Positions 10,669 to 19,638 of a stretch of 64,000 nucleotides of DNA are shown in pieces. The translations under genes were made by a program, and so were the position numbers. Position 1 is the first letter of the stretch. Every line of letters starts with the position of its first letter. This DNA is from Arcobacteraceae bacterium (GTDB taxonomy: Bacteria > Campylobacterota > Campylobacteria > Campylobacterales > Arcobacteraceae). Location of the stretch: positions 608,001 to 672,000 of the forward strand of contig OY759974.1 in assembly GCA_963662945.1 (NCBI GenBank). The letters are read 5' to 3'. The notes beneath the pieces were generated by a model. The model ran no database searches. It was not told the origin of the DNA and saw only the letters and a program-made list of their open reading frames with translations.

Positions 10669-11304
10669 TTATTCCCCCATTATTGTATCTAAACCTTCAG
10701 TAAGTTTAGAACCATTCCAACTTGATTTTGAAGCACCATCTTTACTTGTAAATTCTGGACTAAATGTGTTTTCTACAAGTTGTCCCTCACTTTGTGGTGC
10801 ATGACATTGGCTACAGTTAAATCTCGCATTTACAAGTGTATCTTTTTCTTGTATTGCAATCTCATTTTTCATATTATCAATACTTTTTTCAAACTTTTTC
10901 CCATCAAATTTATGATGTGGTCTAAAATTTGTAAAGTGAGATTTTGGAATTGGTGTTGCATTCATCCCAACAGCAACTTCTGGCATATGACACCCCACAC
11001 ACTGATTGTTTTCGATTGTAATTGGTAACATACCCTCTGTATCATGTGGTATCATAGGTGGTGCATCTTGAAATGCTCTTGCTATCTTTTTACCACTTCC
11101 CGCATACTCTTTACTATATTTTGTCTCTTCAGGTTTTACAACATTTTCGCTATATAAATCTACTTTTCGTAAACCTAAAGATTCTTCACTTACTAATTTA
11201 GCTGGTTTTACCTCTGTAGCTTTTTCTGGTGCACTATTACATCCAGTAAAAAACAAAACAGACCCAGTAACCACACTTAGACTAATTTTTATCATTGTTT
11301 TCAT
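10669..11304 (-). CDS. napB: Periplasmic nitrate reductase diheme cytochrome c subunit
   Basis: RAFQDAPPMIPH, CVGCH, ARFNCSQCHAPQ. Confidence 0.95.
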   Translation of the reverse strand: MKTMIKISLSVVTGSVLFFTGCNSAPEKATEVKPAKLVSEESLGLRKVDLYSENVVKPEETKYSKEYAGSGKKIARAFQDAPPMIPHDTEGMLPITIENNQCVGCHMPEVAVGMNATPIPKSHFTNFRPHHKFDGKKFEKSIDNMKNEIAIQEKDTLVNARFNCSQCHAPQSEGQLVENTFSPEFTSKDGASKSSWNGSKLTEGLDTIMGE

Positions 11305-12121
11305 AACTCATCTCCTTAGTTTTTTGACTTATTAAATCTCTTATTGAGAAATTCAAAGCATCATCATCACAAACCTCTATACATCTTGCACAATTTGTAC
11401 ATTCACCACTCAAAACCTGTTCACTTGATTTTCCAACCATAAATAACACTTGACTTTCAGGACAAACTTCTTTACACTTCATACACAATGTACACTTTTC
11501 TTCTTCATGCTTTACTCGAATCAAACTAAATTGCCCAATCAAAGAGTAAAATCCACCCAATGGACAAATATGTCCACACCAACCATTTTTTAAAACAAAA
11601 AGGTCAAATAAGAATATAACTACAATAGCAGCCCATCCAAAACCCATTCCAAAAACAATACCTCTATGTACCATCGATATAGGAGAGATAAATTCAAAAG
11701 CAGTCACTCCAAAACCTACAGAGATAACAAGACTCAAAGCTATAACCCAATATCTCATACTTCTAGTAGCAGGTTGTCTTTTTTGTATTTGATTAAACCC
11801 TAATTTTCTACGTAAATAATTTGCACCATCTGTAATAATATTTACAGGACAAACCCAAGAACAAAAGGCACGACCACCAACAAGTCCATAGAATAAAACT
11901 GCAACTAAGGCACCTATAAATACATTGGATGCTATTAATGCACCTGCTGCAAACATTTGTAACACTGCATAAGGGTCACTCATAGGAATCGTATCTAATA
12001 TTAAAGAACTACTTAAATTTCCTACTATAAAATCCCAACCCCATGCATTTGCACCAAAATATAAAACCATCAAACCTATTTGAGAGATTCGTCTCAAGAT
12101 GAGATATTTATTTTTAATCAT
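11282..12121 (-). CDS. napH: Quinol dehydrogenase membrane subunit NapH
   Basis: GRAFCSWVCP, GWCGHICPLG and two 4Fe-4S motifs. Confidence 0.95.
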   Translation of the reverse strand: MIKNKYLILRRISQIGLMVLYFGANAWGWDFIVGNLSSSLILDTIPMSDPYAVLQMFAAGALIASNVFIGALVAVLFYGLVGGRAFCSWVCPVNIITDGANYLRRKLGFNQIQKRQPATRSMRYWVIALSLVISVGFGVTAFEFISPISMVHRGIVFGMGFGWAAIVVIFLFDLFVLKNGWCGHICPLGGFYSLIGQFSLIRVKHEEEKCTLCMKCKEVCPESQVLFMVGKSSEQVLSGECTNCARCIEVCDDDALNFSIRDLISQKTKEMSYENNDKN

Positions 12122-12917
12122 CTAAAAGCCCTCCCATATCATTTAATGAATCCACAGCTTTTTCTTTACTAAGCTCTGTTTTTGTTGTTTGACTTGTAGC
12201 ATTTTCAAGCCTTTTCTCATCATTTTTATCCCAACCTTTGATATAGTAATCTCCAGCTTTACCTAAAGCTATATCTCTTGGTAGTACAAAAATAGATGCT
12301 TTTTCAGTTACACAAGCCCTTTCACATAAACCACAACCTGTACAAAAATCACTATCTACAACAGGTTTTAAAAATGCATGTTTACCAGTTCTTTCATTTT
12401 TTTCATATTCTATTTTTATAGCCACATCTAACAATGGACATGCTCTATAACAAGCATCACACTGAATACCCCAAAAAGCTATACAGTTTTTAGTATCAAT
12501 AACAGCGATTCCCATATCTGCCATATTAATATCAAGTTGCCCATCAGATTTACTTACCTTTTTTATATCTAAAGCATCTGTGGGACAAACAGGCACACAC
12601 GGTATATCTGTACACATATAACAAGGAACTTCCCTTGGTGTAAAATACGGAGTACCTATTGGTTTATTATCTCCAGGTGCTGCTAATTTTAATGTATCAA
12701 ATGGACACGCTTCTACACACATTCCACATTTAATACAAGTTGCAAGAAAATCTTCCTCTTCTAAGGCTCCAGGGGGACGAAGCACGAATGAACTTGCTGT
12801 TACCTCATCAACATAAGCACTCCAAACTAAGCCACCTAAAGCAGCTAATCCTGTAGCTCTAGCTATCGTTAAAAAGAATTTTCTTCGATCAGTCATTGTA
12901 TCTTTCATAATCTTCAC
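12114..12917 (-). CDS. napG: Quinol dehydrogenase periplasmic ferredoxin NapG
   Basis: Tat-like DRRKFF, LRPPGA, CIKCGMCVEACP. Confidence 0.95.
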   Translation of the reverse strand: MKIMKDTMTDRRKFFLTIARATGLAALGGLVWSAYVDEVTASSFVLRPPGALEEEDFLATCIKCGMCVEACPFDTLKLAAPGDNKPIGTPYFTPREVPCYMCTDIPCVPVCPTDALDIKKVSKSDGQLDINMADMGIAVIDTKNCIAFWGIQCDACYRACPLLDVAIKIEYEKNERTGKHAFLKPVVDSDFCTGCGLCERACVTEKASIFVLPRDIALGKAGDYYIKGWDKNDEKRLENATSQTTKTELSKEKAVDSLNDMGGLLDD

Positions 12918-12930
12918 TTCTTGTTTTTAA

Positions 12931-12958
12931 AAGTAATTAGTCTAAAGACTAACTACTT
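12931..12958 (-). terminator. Hairpin between napA and napG (attenuator or mRNA stabiliser)
   Basis: Minus strand AAGTAGTTAGTCT-TT-AGACTAATTACTT followed by TT. Confidence 0.55.
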
Positions 12959-12964
12959 AAATAT

Positions 12965-15781
12965 TTATGCTTGGTAAATTTTTACAGCACACTTTTTAAA
13001 GTCAGTTTGTTTTGACTGTGGACAAGTTGCATCAAGACAAACTTTATTGATAAATACTTTTTCATCAAACCATGGTACGAATACAAGTCCTCGTGAAGGT
13101 CGATTTCTACCTCTAGTTTCAACTCTCGCTTTTACTTTTCCTCTTCTAGATTCTACCCAACAAAGACCACCTTGTTTGAGTCCTTTTGCAGCTGCATCTT
13201 CTGGGTGTATATAACATAAAGCTTCTGGAACAGCTCTATAAAGTTCAGGAACTCTCATTGTCATAGTACCACTATGCCAGTGTTCTAGTACTCTCCCTGT
13301 ACATAACCAAGTATCGTACTCACTATCTGGTATTTCTGGTGGATCCATATATGGTCTTGCAAATATTTTAGCTTTATTTGTTAACGCTTTTTTGTTTTTA
13401 TCTTTTACACCATTTAAGTCACCATAAGGTAATGCTTTGGCTAACTTACCATAAAATGCAAACTCTGTATGTCCCGTCTCTTTTCCATATTTTTTAGCAT
13501 AAGGGTCATATTTTGCATTAAATCTCCATTGAGTCTCTTTTCCATCAACAACTGGCCATTTAAGTCCTCTTACCCTATGATAAGTATCAAAGTCTGCTAA
13601 ATCATGAGCATGTCCTCTACCAAACCATGCGTATTCTTCAAATAAGTACTTTTGGATAAAGAATCCATACCCTTTCCAAGCTTTACCGTCTGATCCTAAA
13701 ACATTTCTACTATCTCCAAAACCTTCAGTATTATCATAGCCTTTTTGGATAGGATCATTTTGATCTAGTTTATAACTTCTAGCTTCATCATTTGCAAAAA
13801 GGATATCAAACATTGTTGTATCTTCATTGTATCCCATTGCCTTTGCTTTTTCAATAATATTTGGTAATGCTTCTTTTCTTGGACCACTTGGTGCATAAGA
13901 ACCCCAAACATCTTTAACAGTAAACCTTTTTGACAATTCAACCCATTGCCAAGTATCAGACATAGCATCACCTACTGGTAAAACTTGTTGTCTCCAATGT
14001 TGTGTTCTTCTTTCCGCATTTCCATATGCTCCCCATTTTTCATAAATCATTGCAGATGGTAAAATAAGGTCACTAACTTTTGCAGAAATACCAGGATATC
14101 CATCAGATGTTACGATAAAATTATCCATCTCACGTGCAGCTTTAATCCAGTGTTTTGCTGATGCTGTATCTTGATAAGGATTACATACATTTACCCAAGC
14201 AAACTTAATAAGTCCATCTTCAATATCTCTATGGATTCTCATTATATCTTGAGTTCCAACAGGATTAATTGTACCCTCTGGTACTTTCCATCTATCTTCA
14301 GTGATTTTTCTATGTTTTGGATTTGCTACCATCATATCAGCAGGCAATCTATGACAGAACGTACCAACCTCTCTAGCAGTTCCACAAGCAGATGGTTGTC
14401 CCGTAAGTGAGAATGCACCACTTCCTGGTTTTGCTTGTTTATTCAATAAGAAGTGAACATTGTACGAAAGTGTATTTACCCATGTACCTCTTGTATGTTG
14501 GTTCATACCCATTGTCCAGAAACTTACAACTTTTCTGTCTTTTTCAATATAATATGAAGCTAATGTTTTAAGTTTTTTCTTAAACTCTTCAATATCTTCA
14601 TCAGGATTTCCTTTAGATATTTTTGCTACATAATCAAGTGTATAAGGAGCAAGAAATTTTTTATACTCTTCAAAAGAAATTTCCCAGTGAGCTAAACCTG
14701 CTGGTTTATTCTCCATTACATCACCCTCTTTATATCCAAAAGGCTCTAATGCTGGTGCTTCAGTAGCTGAAACTACTTTTTTCATCTCTTTTGAAATAGT
14801 CTCCATCTCTTTTGCTGTATATTTTCCATCTTTAAGAGCTTGTTCTCCATCTCTTCTCATACCATACCCTGTATTTACAGGTTGTGAACAGAAAATCATA
14901 TGTTTGTTTACAAAGTCCCAATCAATAGACTCTGGATGATTATACACTATCTCATGTGCGATATAGTTCCAAAGTGCCAAGTCAGTATTTGGTGTAAAAA
15001 TAATCTCGATATCAGCAAGGTCTGAAGTCCTATGTCTATATGTAGAGATATTTACAACTTTTACTCTATCTGGATCAGATAGTTTTCTATCCGTAACCCT
15101 AGACCATAAAATCGGATGCATCTCTGCCATATTTGAACCCCATGATACAACTGTATCAGTAATCTCAATATCATCATAACAACCACTTGGTTCGTCAATA
15201 CCAAAAGTTTGATAAAATCCAACAACCGCAGATGCCATACAGTGTCTTGCATTTGGATCAAAAGCATTTGATCTAAATCCACCTTTCATCATTTTTTGAG
15301 CTGCATATCCTTCCATAACAGTATATTGCCCACTTGCAAATACACCAACACCCTCTGGTCCACTCGCTTTAAGTGCTTTTTTAATGTGAATTTCCATCTC
15401 ATCAAATGCTCTTTTCCAAGATACAGGTGCAAATTTTCCATTTTTATCAAACTCACCTTTTGCATTTACTCTTAAAAGTGGTGTTTTAAGTCTATCAGCC
15501 CCATACATGATTTTTGCATTAAAGTATCCTTTAATACAATTAAGCCCTCTGTTAACAGGTGCAGCTGGGTCACCCTTTACTGCTACTATCTTACCCTCTT
15601 TTGTAGCCATCATAATTCCACAACCTGTACCACAAAATCTACAAGCTGCTTTATCCCAACGCCAACCAGCTTCAGCCGTGTTTGCAGCAGCGCTTAAATT
15701 ACTTGGTACACTCATACCAACAGCAGCAGCAGCTGAAGCAGCAGCTGAACTTTTTAGAAAGTCTCTTCTTGAAAGTGCCAT
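12965..15781 (-). CDS. napA: Periplasmic nitrate reductase catalytic subunit
   Basis: Tat signal [38 protein letters not shown]. Confidence 0.99.
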   Translation of the reverse strand: MALSRRDFLKSSAAASAAAAVGMSVPSNLSAAANTAEAGWRWDKAACRFCGTGCGIMMATKEGKIVAVKGDPAAPVNRGLNCIKGYFNAKIMYGADRLKTPLLRVNAKGEFDKNGKFAPVSWKRAFDEMEIHIKKALKASGPEGVGVFASGQYTVMEGYAAQKMMKGGFRSNAFDPNARHCMASAVVGFYQTFGIDEPSGCYDDIEITDTVVSWGSNMAEMHPILWSRVTDRKLSDPDRVKVVNISTYRHRTSDLADIEIIFTPNTDLALWNYIAHEIVYNHPESIDWDFVNKHMIFCSQPVNTGYGMRRDGEQALKDGKYTAKEMETISKEMKKVVSATEAPALEPFGYKEGDVMENKPAGLAHWEISFEEYKKFLAPYTLDYVAKISKGNPDEDIEEFKKKLKTLASYYIEKDRKVVSFWTMGMNQHTRGTWVNTLSYNVHFLLNKQAKPGSGAFSLTGQPSACGTAREVGTFCHRLPADMMVANPKHRKITEDRWKVPEGTINPVGTQDIMRIHRDIEDGLIKFAWVNVCNPYQDTASAKHWIKAAREMDNFIVTSDGYPGISAKVSDLILPSAMIYEKWGAYGNAERRTQHWRQQVLPVGDAMSDTWQWVELSKRFTVKDVWGSYAPSGPRKEALPNIIEKAKAMGYNEDTTMFDILFANDEARSYKLDQNDPIQKGYDNTEGFGDSRNVLGSDGKAWKGYGFFIQKYLFEEYAWFGRGHAHDLADFDTYHRVRGLKWPVVDGKETQWRFNAKYDPYAKKYGKETGHTEFAFYGKLAKALPYGDLNGVKDKNKKALTNKAKIFARPYMDPPEIPDSEYDTWLCTGRVLEHWHSGTMTMRVPELYRAVPEALCYIHPEDAAAKGLKQGGLCWVESRRGKVKARVETRGRNRPSRGLVFVPWFDEKVFINKVCLDATCPQSKQTDFKKCAVKIYQA

Positions 15782-15819
15782 GTTTTCTCCTTTTTATATG
15801 TTTGTCCTTAAACAATAAA

Positions 15820-15861
15820 AGTTTAACACTATAAATAATTAATTATCTTGACCTTAGTCAA
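15820..15861 (-). promoter_or_regulatory. napA promoter: box TTGACCTTAGTCAA plus -10 TAAACT
   Basis: Box 15848-15861, 22-nt spacer, -10 at 15820-15825 on minus strand. Confidence 0.85.
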
Positions 15862-15959
15862 TTATATTAATTATTAAACCTAAACAACTAAATTTTATTG
15901 TAACAACTCTCAACTTAAGATTTTAATTTTTTAAAATTATAATTTAACAATAAATATAT

Positions 15960-16001
15960 TTGATGTAAGTCATACTTTTTTTGATTTTATTTTTATAGAA
16001 T
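15960..16001 (+). promoter_or_regulatory. Box TTGATGTAAGTCAT plus -10 TAGAAT, upstream of candidate sRNA 1
   Basis: Box 15960-15973, 22-nt spacer, TAGAAT 15996-16001; no ORF downstream. Confidence 0.75.
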
Positions 16002-16006
16002 TTCGT

Positions 16007-16076
16007 AAATTAAAAACCGCTTGTTTTTTACGGACCCTCCTAAAGTCATAAAGTTTCTTTCGGTTTTTAGTTTTTT
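16007..16076 (+). ncRNA. Candidate small RNA, copy 1 (terminal stem, CUCCUAAAGU loop)
   Basis: 13-bp stem 16007-16019/16061-16073 with U tail; homologous to 17529-17618; own promoter. Confidence 0.6.
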
Positions 16077-16165
16077 GCATATTGAACTTAAATATAATTT
16101 TATTAAGTTAAGCACTTTTATTTATTAGTGTGTGATACCTATAATAAAAAAACTTTTTTAAGAAT

Positions 16166-16603
16166 TTAATTAAGTATCCCAGCACCATCAATAGCAGTGC
16201 TTCTATCTTGGGCATACACTCTTTCACCCTTGATAATATCATATTTCCATATAGGAGCACTAGCTTTAAAGTCTTCTACAAACTCATCAATAAGCTCTAG
16301 TGCAACTCTTCTTTTTGGGCTACATACTGCTGCTATATAGGAGCTTGTATGATTTGGAACATCACCTCGACTATGAGCCATCAGTACTATTGCATTTTTC
16401 TCTTTTGCTTTTATCTGCCAAGATTCAAACCAAGAGTTTAAGATAGGCTCATAGATATCAAAACTCAAACCATCAATTCCATCTTCATCTCGAACTACTC
16501 CAACAAAAGTGATAATTGCTCCAAAATTAGAAAGTCTAAAATTGTTATACCACTTGTTTGTTATTTTTTCTACCTCTAAGCTACCATCATATAACTCTAA
16601 CAA
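16166..16603 (-). CDS. moaE: Molybdopterin synthase catalytic subunit
   Basis: FGAIITFVGVVR and FKASAPIWKY. Confidence 0.92.
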   Translation of the reverse strand: MLELYDGSLEVEKITNKWYNNFRLSNFGAIITFVGVVRDEDGIDGLSFDIYEPILNSWFESWQIKAKEKNAIVLMAHSRGDVPNHTSSYIAAVCSPKRRVALELIDEFVEDFKASAPIWKYDIIKGERVYAQDRSTAIDGAGILN

Positions 16604-16636
16604 AATTATTCCTTTTTAAATTTTAATTTTATACCT

Positions 16637-16710
16637 GAGTTTTTTATGCTAAAGCATATAAAAAAACTCCTCCTAAGTTAAAAAAGCAAAGCAGTTTGCT
16701 TTTTCTTAAC
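16637..16710. other. Double-hairpin element between moaD and moaE, related in sequence to the candidate sRNA loops
   Basis: Hairpins 16637-16669 and 16677-16710 joined by CTCCTAA. Confidence 0.6.
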
Positions 16711-16712
16711 AC

Positions 16713-16934
16713 TTATCCGCCACATACAGGAGGAAGTAAAGATACTTTATCTCCATCTTTGAGTATTTTATTTTTATCTTTTACTAAAGTGTCATTTACT
16801 GCAACTGCACTATTGTTTAACCAGCTTTTTAAATTTTCATCTTGTTTTAAAATTTCACTTAATTCATTAAGGTTTTGTATATCAACACTTATTGGTTTTT
16901 TATTGATTGGTCCTAAAAATTCTATTGTTACCAT
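16713..16934 (-). CDS. moaD: Molybdopterin synthase sulfur carrier
   Basis: AVAVND...[16 protein letters not shown] with C-terminal GG. Confidence 0.93.
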   Translation of the reverse strand: MVTIEFLGPINKKPISVDIQNLNELSEILKQDENLKSWLNNSAVAVNDTLVKDKNKILKDGDKVSLLPPVCGG

Positions 16935-17422
16935 AATCTATCCTCCTTCTCTCTATTAAAATCTCCAGATTTTCCACCACTTTTATGTTCAAGTTGTAGA
17001 TTTGATATTATCATACCTTTATCTATTGCTTTTACCATATCATAAATAGTAAGTAATCCTATAGATACTCCTGTTAGTGCTTCCATCTCTACACCTGTTT
17101 GTCCTTTAAGTTTTGCTGTAACTGTTAGTTTAAATCCTGGCAACTCATCTAATTGTTCTACATCACAATTAATACCTGTTAGTAGTAGTGGATGGCACAT
17201 AGGAATAAGTTCAGGTGTTTTTTTTGTTCCCATAATTGCTGCAACTACTGCTGTTTGTATTACAGGTCCTTTTTTATTTTGATTTGATATTACATTTTGA
17301 AATGCAACATTGCTCATAGATATAATTCCACTTGCAACAGCAACTCTTGTAGTATCCTCTTTAGAAGAAACATCTACCATTTTGGGTCGATGGTTTTGGT
17401 CTAAATGTGTTAAGTTATTCAT
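16928..17422 (-). CDS. moaC: Cyclic pyranopterin monophosphate synthase
   Basis: [38 protein letters not shown]. Confidence 0.97.
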   Translation of the reverse strand: MNNLTHLDQNHRPKMVDVSSKEDTTRVAVASGIISMSNVAFQNVISNQNKKGPVIQTAVVAAIMGTKKTPELIPMCHPLLLTGINCDVEQLDELPGFKLTVTAKLKGQTGVEMEALTGVSIGLLTIYDMVKAIDKGMIISNLQLEHKSGGKSGDFNREKEDRLW

Positions 17423-17480
17423 TGTTTTATCTTTCCTATTTTTTAAAACTAATCACAAAGTAAAATATTTATAATTCTCT

Positions 17481-17522
17481 TTGATGTAAGTCATAGCATT
17501 GAATATAATTTATTTATATAAT
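17481..17522 (+). promoter_or_regulatory. Box TTGATGTAAGTCAT plus -10 TATAAT, upstream of candidate sRNA 2
   Basis: Box 17481-17494 (identical to 15960 and 40439), 22-nt spacer, TATAAT 17517-17522. Confidence 0.78.
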
Positions 17523-17528
17523 GTTACT

Positions 17529-17618
17529 AGTAAATTAAAAACCGATTATTGTTCAATATCCTTGTCTCCTAAAGTTAAAGCAAAGAAGTTACAATATTTA
17601 ATTGGTTTTTAATTTCTA
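17529..17618 (+). ncRNA. Candidate small RNA, copy 2
   Basis: 17-bp stem 17532-17548/17599-17615, loop contains CTCCTAAAGT; homologous to 16007-16076. Confidence 0.62.
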
Positions 17619-17624
17619 AGGATA

Positions 17625-17951
17625 TTATTGGTATTCTATAACAGTATAAAAAATATTATCTTCTAAAAAGCACTCTTTTACTGTATAGCCATCTTTTAAC
17701 TTTAAAAATGGTTTTAAAGAGTTATTTGAAGAGACTACTAAGCGATCATTGTTTTGCAATAATGTTTGTCCAATTTGGATATTGTGTAAGATCTCTTCTC
17801 TTTGAAGATATATTCCCTCAAAACAATAATGTATACCATCTTCTTGTTTTACTTTATAAAAATCTACTGTTGTCTCAGGAAGTATAGATTTATTTGTATC
17901 TTCTACTACTCCGCCACTACATAGACAAGCTCCTGTTCCACAACTTTCCAT
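17625..17951 (-). CDS. Hypothetical protein with Cys-rich N-terminus; distant paralog of 35774..36115
   Basis: MESCGTGACLCSGG; TVDFYK...DG..Y.F shared with the 35774 protein; AAGGA RBS. Confidence 0.7.
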   Translation of the reverse strand: MESCGTGACLCSGGVVEDTNKSILPETTVDFYKVKQEDGIHYCFEGIYLQREEILHNIQIGQTLLQNNDRLVVSSNNSLKPFLKLKDGYTVKECFLEDNIFYTVIEYQ

Positions 17952-17980
17952 TTTTTATCCTTTTTTGTTAATTTTGAATA

Positions 17981-18022
17981 ATTTTAGCTTTTTTAGTATG
18001 ATTTTAAATTGACCCATATCAA
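17981..18022 (-). promoter_or_regulatory. Box TTGACCCATATCAA plus -10 TAAAAT
   Basis: Box 18009-18022, 22-nt spacer, -10 17981-17986 on minus strand. Confidence 0.85.
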
Positions 18023-18035
18023 AAATTTTTACTAT

Positions 18036-18374
18036 CTATTTTGATTCATAAAGATAAGTTGCAATTTTTTCTAAAGTATCTTTGTCGTACCCAAGCTCTG
18101 GCATAATCTCATATTTTTCTATCATATCCTGCATAATTGAGCCTTCATGAAAAGGTTTATAAACCCAATTCACCATATAATTTACAAACTCTTTTTTCTC
18201 TCCAAAAGCTTCGTGGTATCTCTGTTTTATCATTTTTAAAGAGGGTGCTGAGATATTTTTTGTTTCATGATGACAAGTGATACAGTTACCATACAAAAGT
18301 AATCTTCCATAGGAATCTGCATAACCCAAGCTTGTACTGAATAGTAGTATTAAAACTAAATGTATTGTTTTCAT
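18036..18374 (-). CDS. Monoheme c-type cytochrome
   Basis: Signal peptide, CITCH, distal MP motif. Confidence 0.85.
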   Translation of the reverse strand: MKTIHLVLILLFSTSLGYADSYGRLLLYGNCITCHHETKNISAPSLKMIKQRYHEAFGEKKEFVNYMVNWVYKPFHEGSIMQDMIEKYEIMPELGYDKDTLEKIATYLYESK

Positions 18375-18409
18375 AATATATCTTTCTCTTATTATTTTTA
18401 TTATTTATT

Positions 18410-18479
18410 ATAATATCTTAAATATAATTATTTGTAATTGACATATATCAAAAAAAAATCCATTTTTTTTCTATAAAAT
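18410..18479. promoter_or_regulatory. Bidirectional promoter with one central box TTGACATATATCAA
   Basis: Box 18438-18451; TAAAAT 18474-18479 (+) and TATTAT 18410-18415 (-), each 22 nt away. Confidence 0.8.
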
Positions 18480-18485
18480 TAACCT

Positions 18486-19097
18486 ATGAAAAAAATAAAT
18501 AGTATCAGTAATACAAGAATAAAACCAAAACTTCTAAGGGAACAAAAAACAGAAGCACTATTAGTTTTTATTCGAACTACCTTAGAGCAAATCAACTATC
18601 AAGAAAACTGTATAGAACTAGGCTCTTTGGAAGATAGAAACTATATTCAAAAAACTTTACAAGAACTACTTGAAAATCTTCAAAAATATGTTGTCAATTC
18701 TTCCTATCTTCAATACCTTATAGACAATAGTCATACAAGTAAGAAGCTTTCTATACTACTTATTACAGAAATGCCTCTTATTACTTATTATAGTGATCTT
18801 TCAAGAGTTATGAAACACAAACTACTAAGTGGAACAAGATGGATACCGCAGCTCATAGTGATAGCACTGTTAAGTGAATGGATACTAGAAGAGGAAAAAT
18901 CTATGCATCTTTACCCTTTTTTACAAAATATTGACTATCTAGATTTAATAGAAAGATATGATAAAATAAAGCAAAGTGAAACATCAAAAAATAAAACAAC
19001 AATTATGAAAATGTATAAACTATCTACACTTTTAATCCAAAAACTCAAACTTTCATCGTATAAGATAAAAAAATCTAAAAAAAAGAAAAAAAGATAA
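18486..19097 (+). CDS. Hypothetical protein with poly-Lys C-terminus
   Basis: 203-aa ORF behind a box-dependent promoter; no motif recognised. Confidence 0.7.
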   Translation: MKKINSISNTRIKPKLLREQKTEALLVFIRTTLEQINYQENCIELGSLEDRNYIQKTLQELLENLQKYVVNSSYLQYLIDNSHTSKKLSILLITEMPLITYYSDLSRVMKHKLLSGTRWIPQLIVIALLSEWILEEEKSMHLYPFLQNIDYLDLIERYDKIKQSETSKNKTTIMKMYKLSTLLIQKLKLSSYKIKKSKKKKKR

Positions 19098-19127
19098 CTA
19101 CCACCAATGAATAGAGATTTATATAAT

Positions 19128-19169
19128 TTGACAAAGGTCAAAGATTTAAATTTTAATTTAGTATAAAAT
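19128..19169 (+). promoter_or_regulatory. Box TTGACAAAGGTCAA plus -10 TAAAAT
   Basis: Box 19128-19141, 22-nt spacer, TAAAAT 19164-19169. Confidence 0.87.
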
Positions 19170-19195
19170 TAGACAAATTAAAAAAAGGAAAGAAA

Positions 19196-19489
19196 ATGAA
19201 AAAAATAATTTCAATTGGTTTATTATTAGGGTTTGCTTCAACTATGGCATTAGCAGATGGAGCAACAGTATATAAAAAATGTGTTGCATGTCATGGGGCA
19301 AATGGGGAAAAAGTTGCTTTGGGAAAAAGCAAAATTATCAAAGATATGACAAAGGCTGATATAGAAAGCTCACTTTTAGGATATAAAAATGGAACATACG
19401 GTGGTGCTATGAAAGGTCTTATGGCTGGACAAGTAAAATCATTAAGTGTTGCTGATATTAAAGATATTGCAAATTTAATAGGAAAATAA
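19196..19489 (+). CDS. Cytochrome c553-like monoheme cytochrome
   Basis: Signal peptide, CVACHGANG, YGGAMKGLM. Confidence 0.92.
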   Translation: MKKIISIGLLLGFASTMALADGATVYKKCVACHGANGEKVALGKSKIIKDMTKADIESSLLGYKNGTYGGAMKGLMAGQVKSLSVADIKDIANLIGK

Positions 19490-19510
19490 CTCCTATTTAT
19501 TCACGTCTCA

Positions 19511-19563
19511 CATCTTCTAAAGTTGTATTTTTAAATGTGTTAAAATATACTCTTTAGAAGATG
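19511..19563 (+). terminator. Long hairpin after the cytochrome c553 gene
   Basis: CATCTTCTAAAG (19511-19522) pairs with CTTTAGAAGATG (19552-19563), with further inner pairing. Confidence 0.55.
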
Positions 19564-19568
19564 CCTAC

Positions 19569-19612
19569 TTGAGTTGTAACTCAATCTGTACTTTATTCTT
19601 TTAAGATATAAT
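19569..19612 (+). promoter_or_regulatory. Palindrome TTGAGTTGTAACTCAA (N8 variant) plus -10 TATAAT
   Basis: Palindrome 19569-19584, 22-nt spacer, TATAAT 19607-19612. Confidence 0.6.
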
Positions 19613-19638
19613 CAACTATAAAGTTAGGAGTTATTCTA

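Noticed and set aside
17528-17570. Minus-strand AGGAG plus TTG mini-ORF (MNNNRFLIY) in candidate sRNA 2
   Set aside because: Copy 1 has no equivalent start codon, and G-U pairing and promoter layout favour a + strand RNA.
16007-17618. Known Moco riboswitch, given the location near moa/nap genes
   Set aside because: I could not find the multi-stem Moco RNA motif, and the elements are antisense to those genes with their own promoters; a cmscan would settle it.
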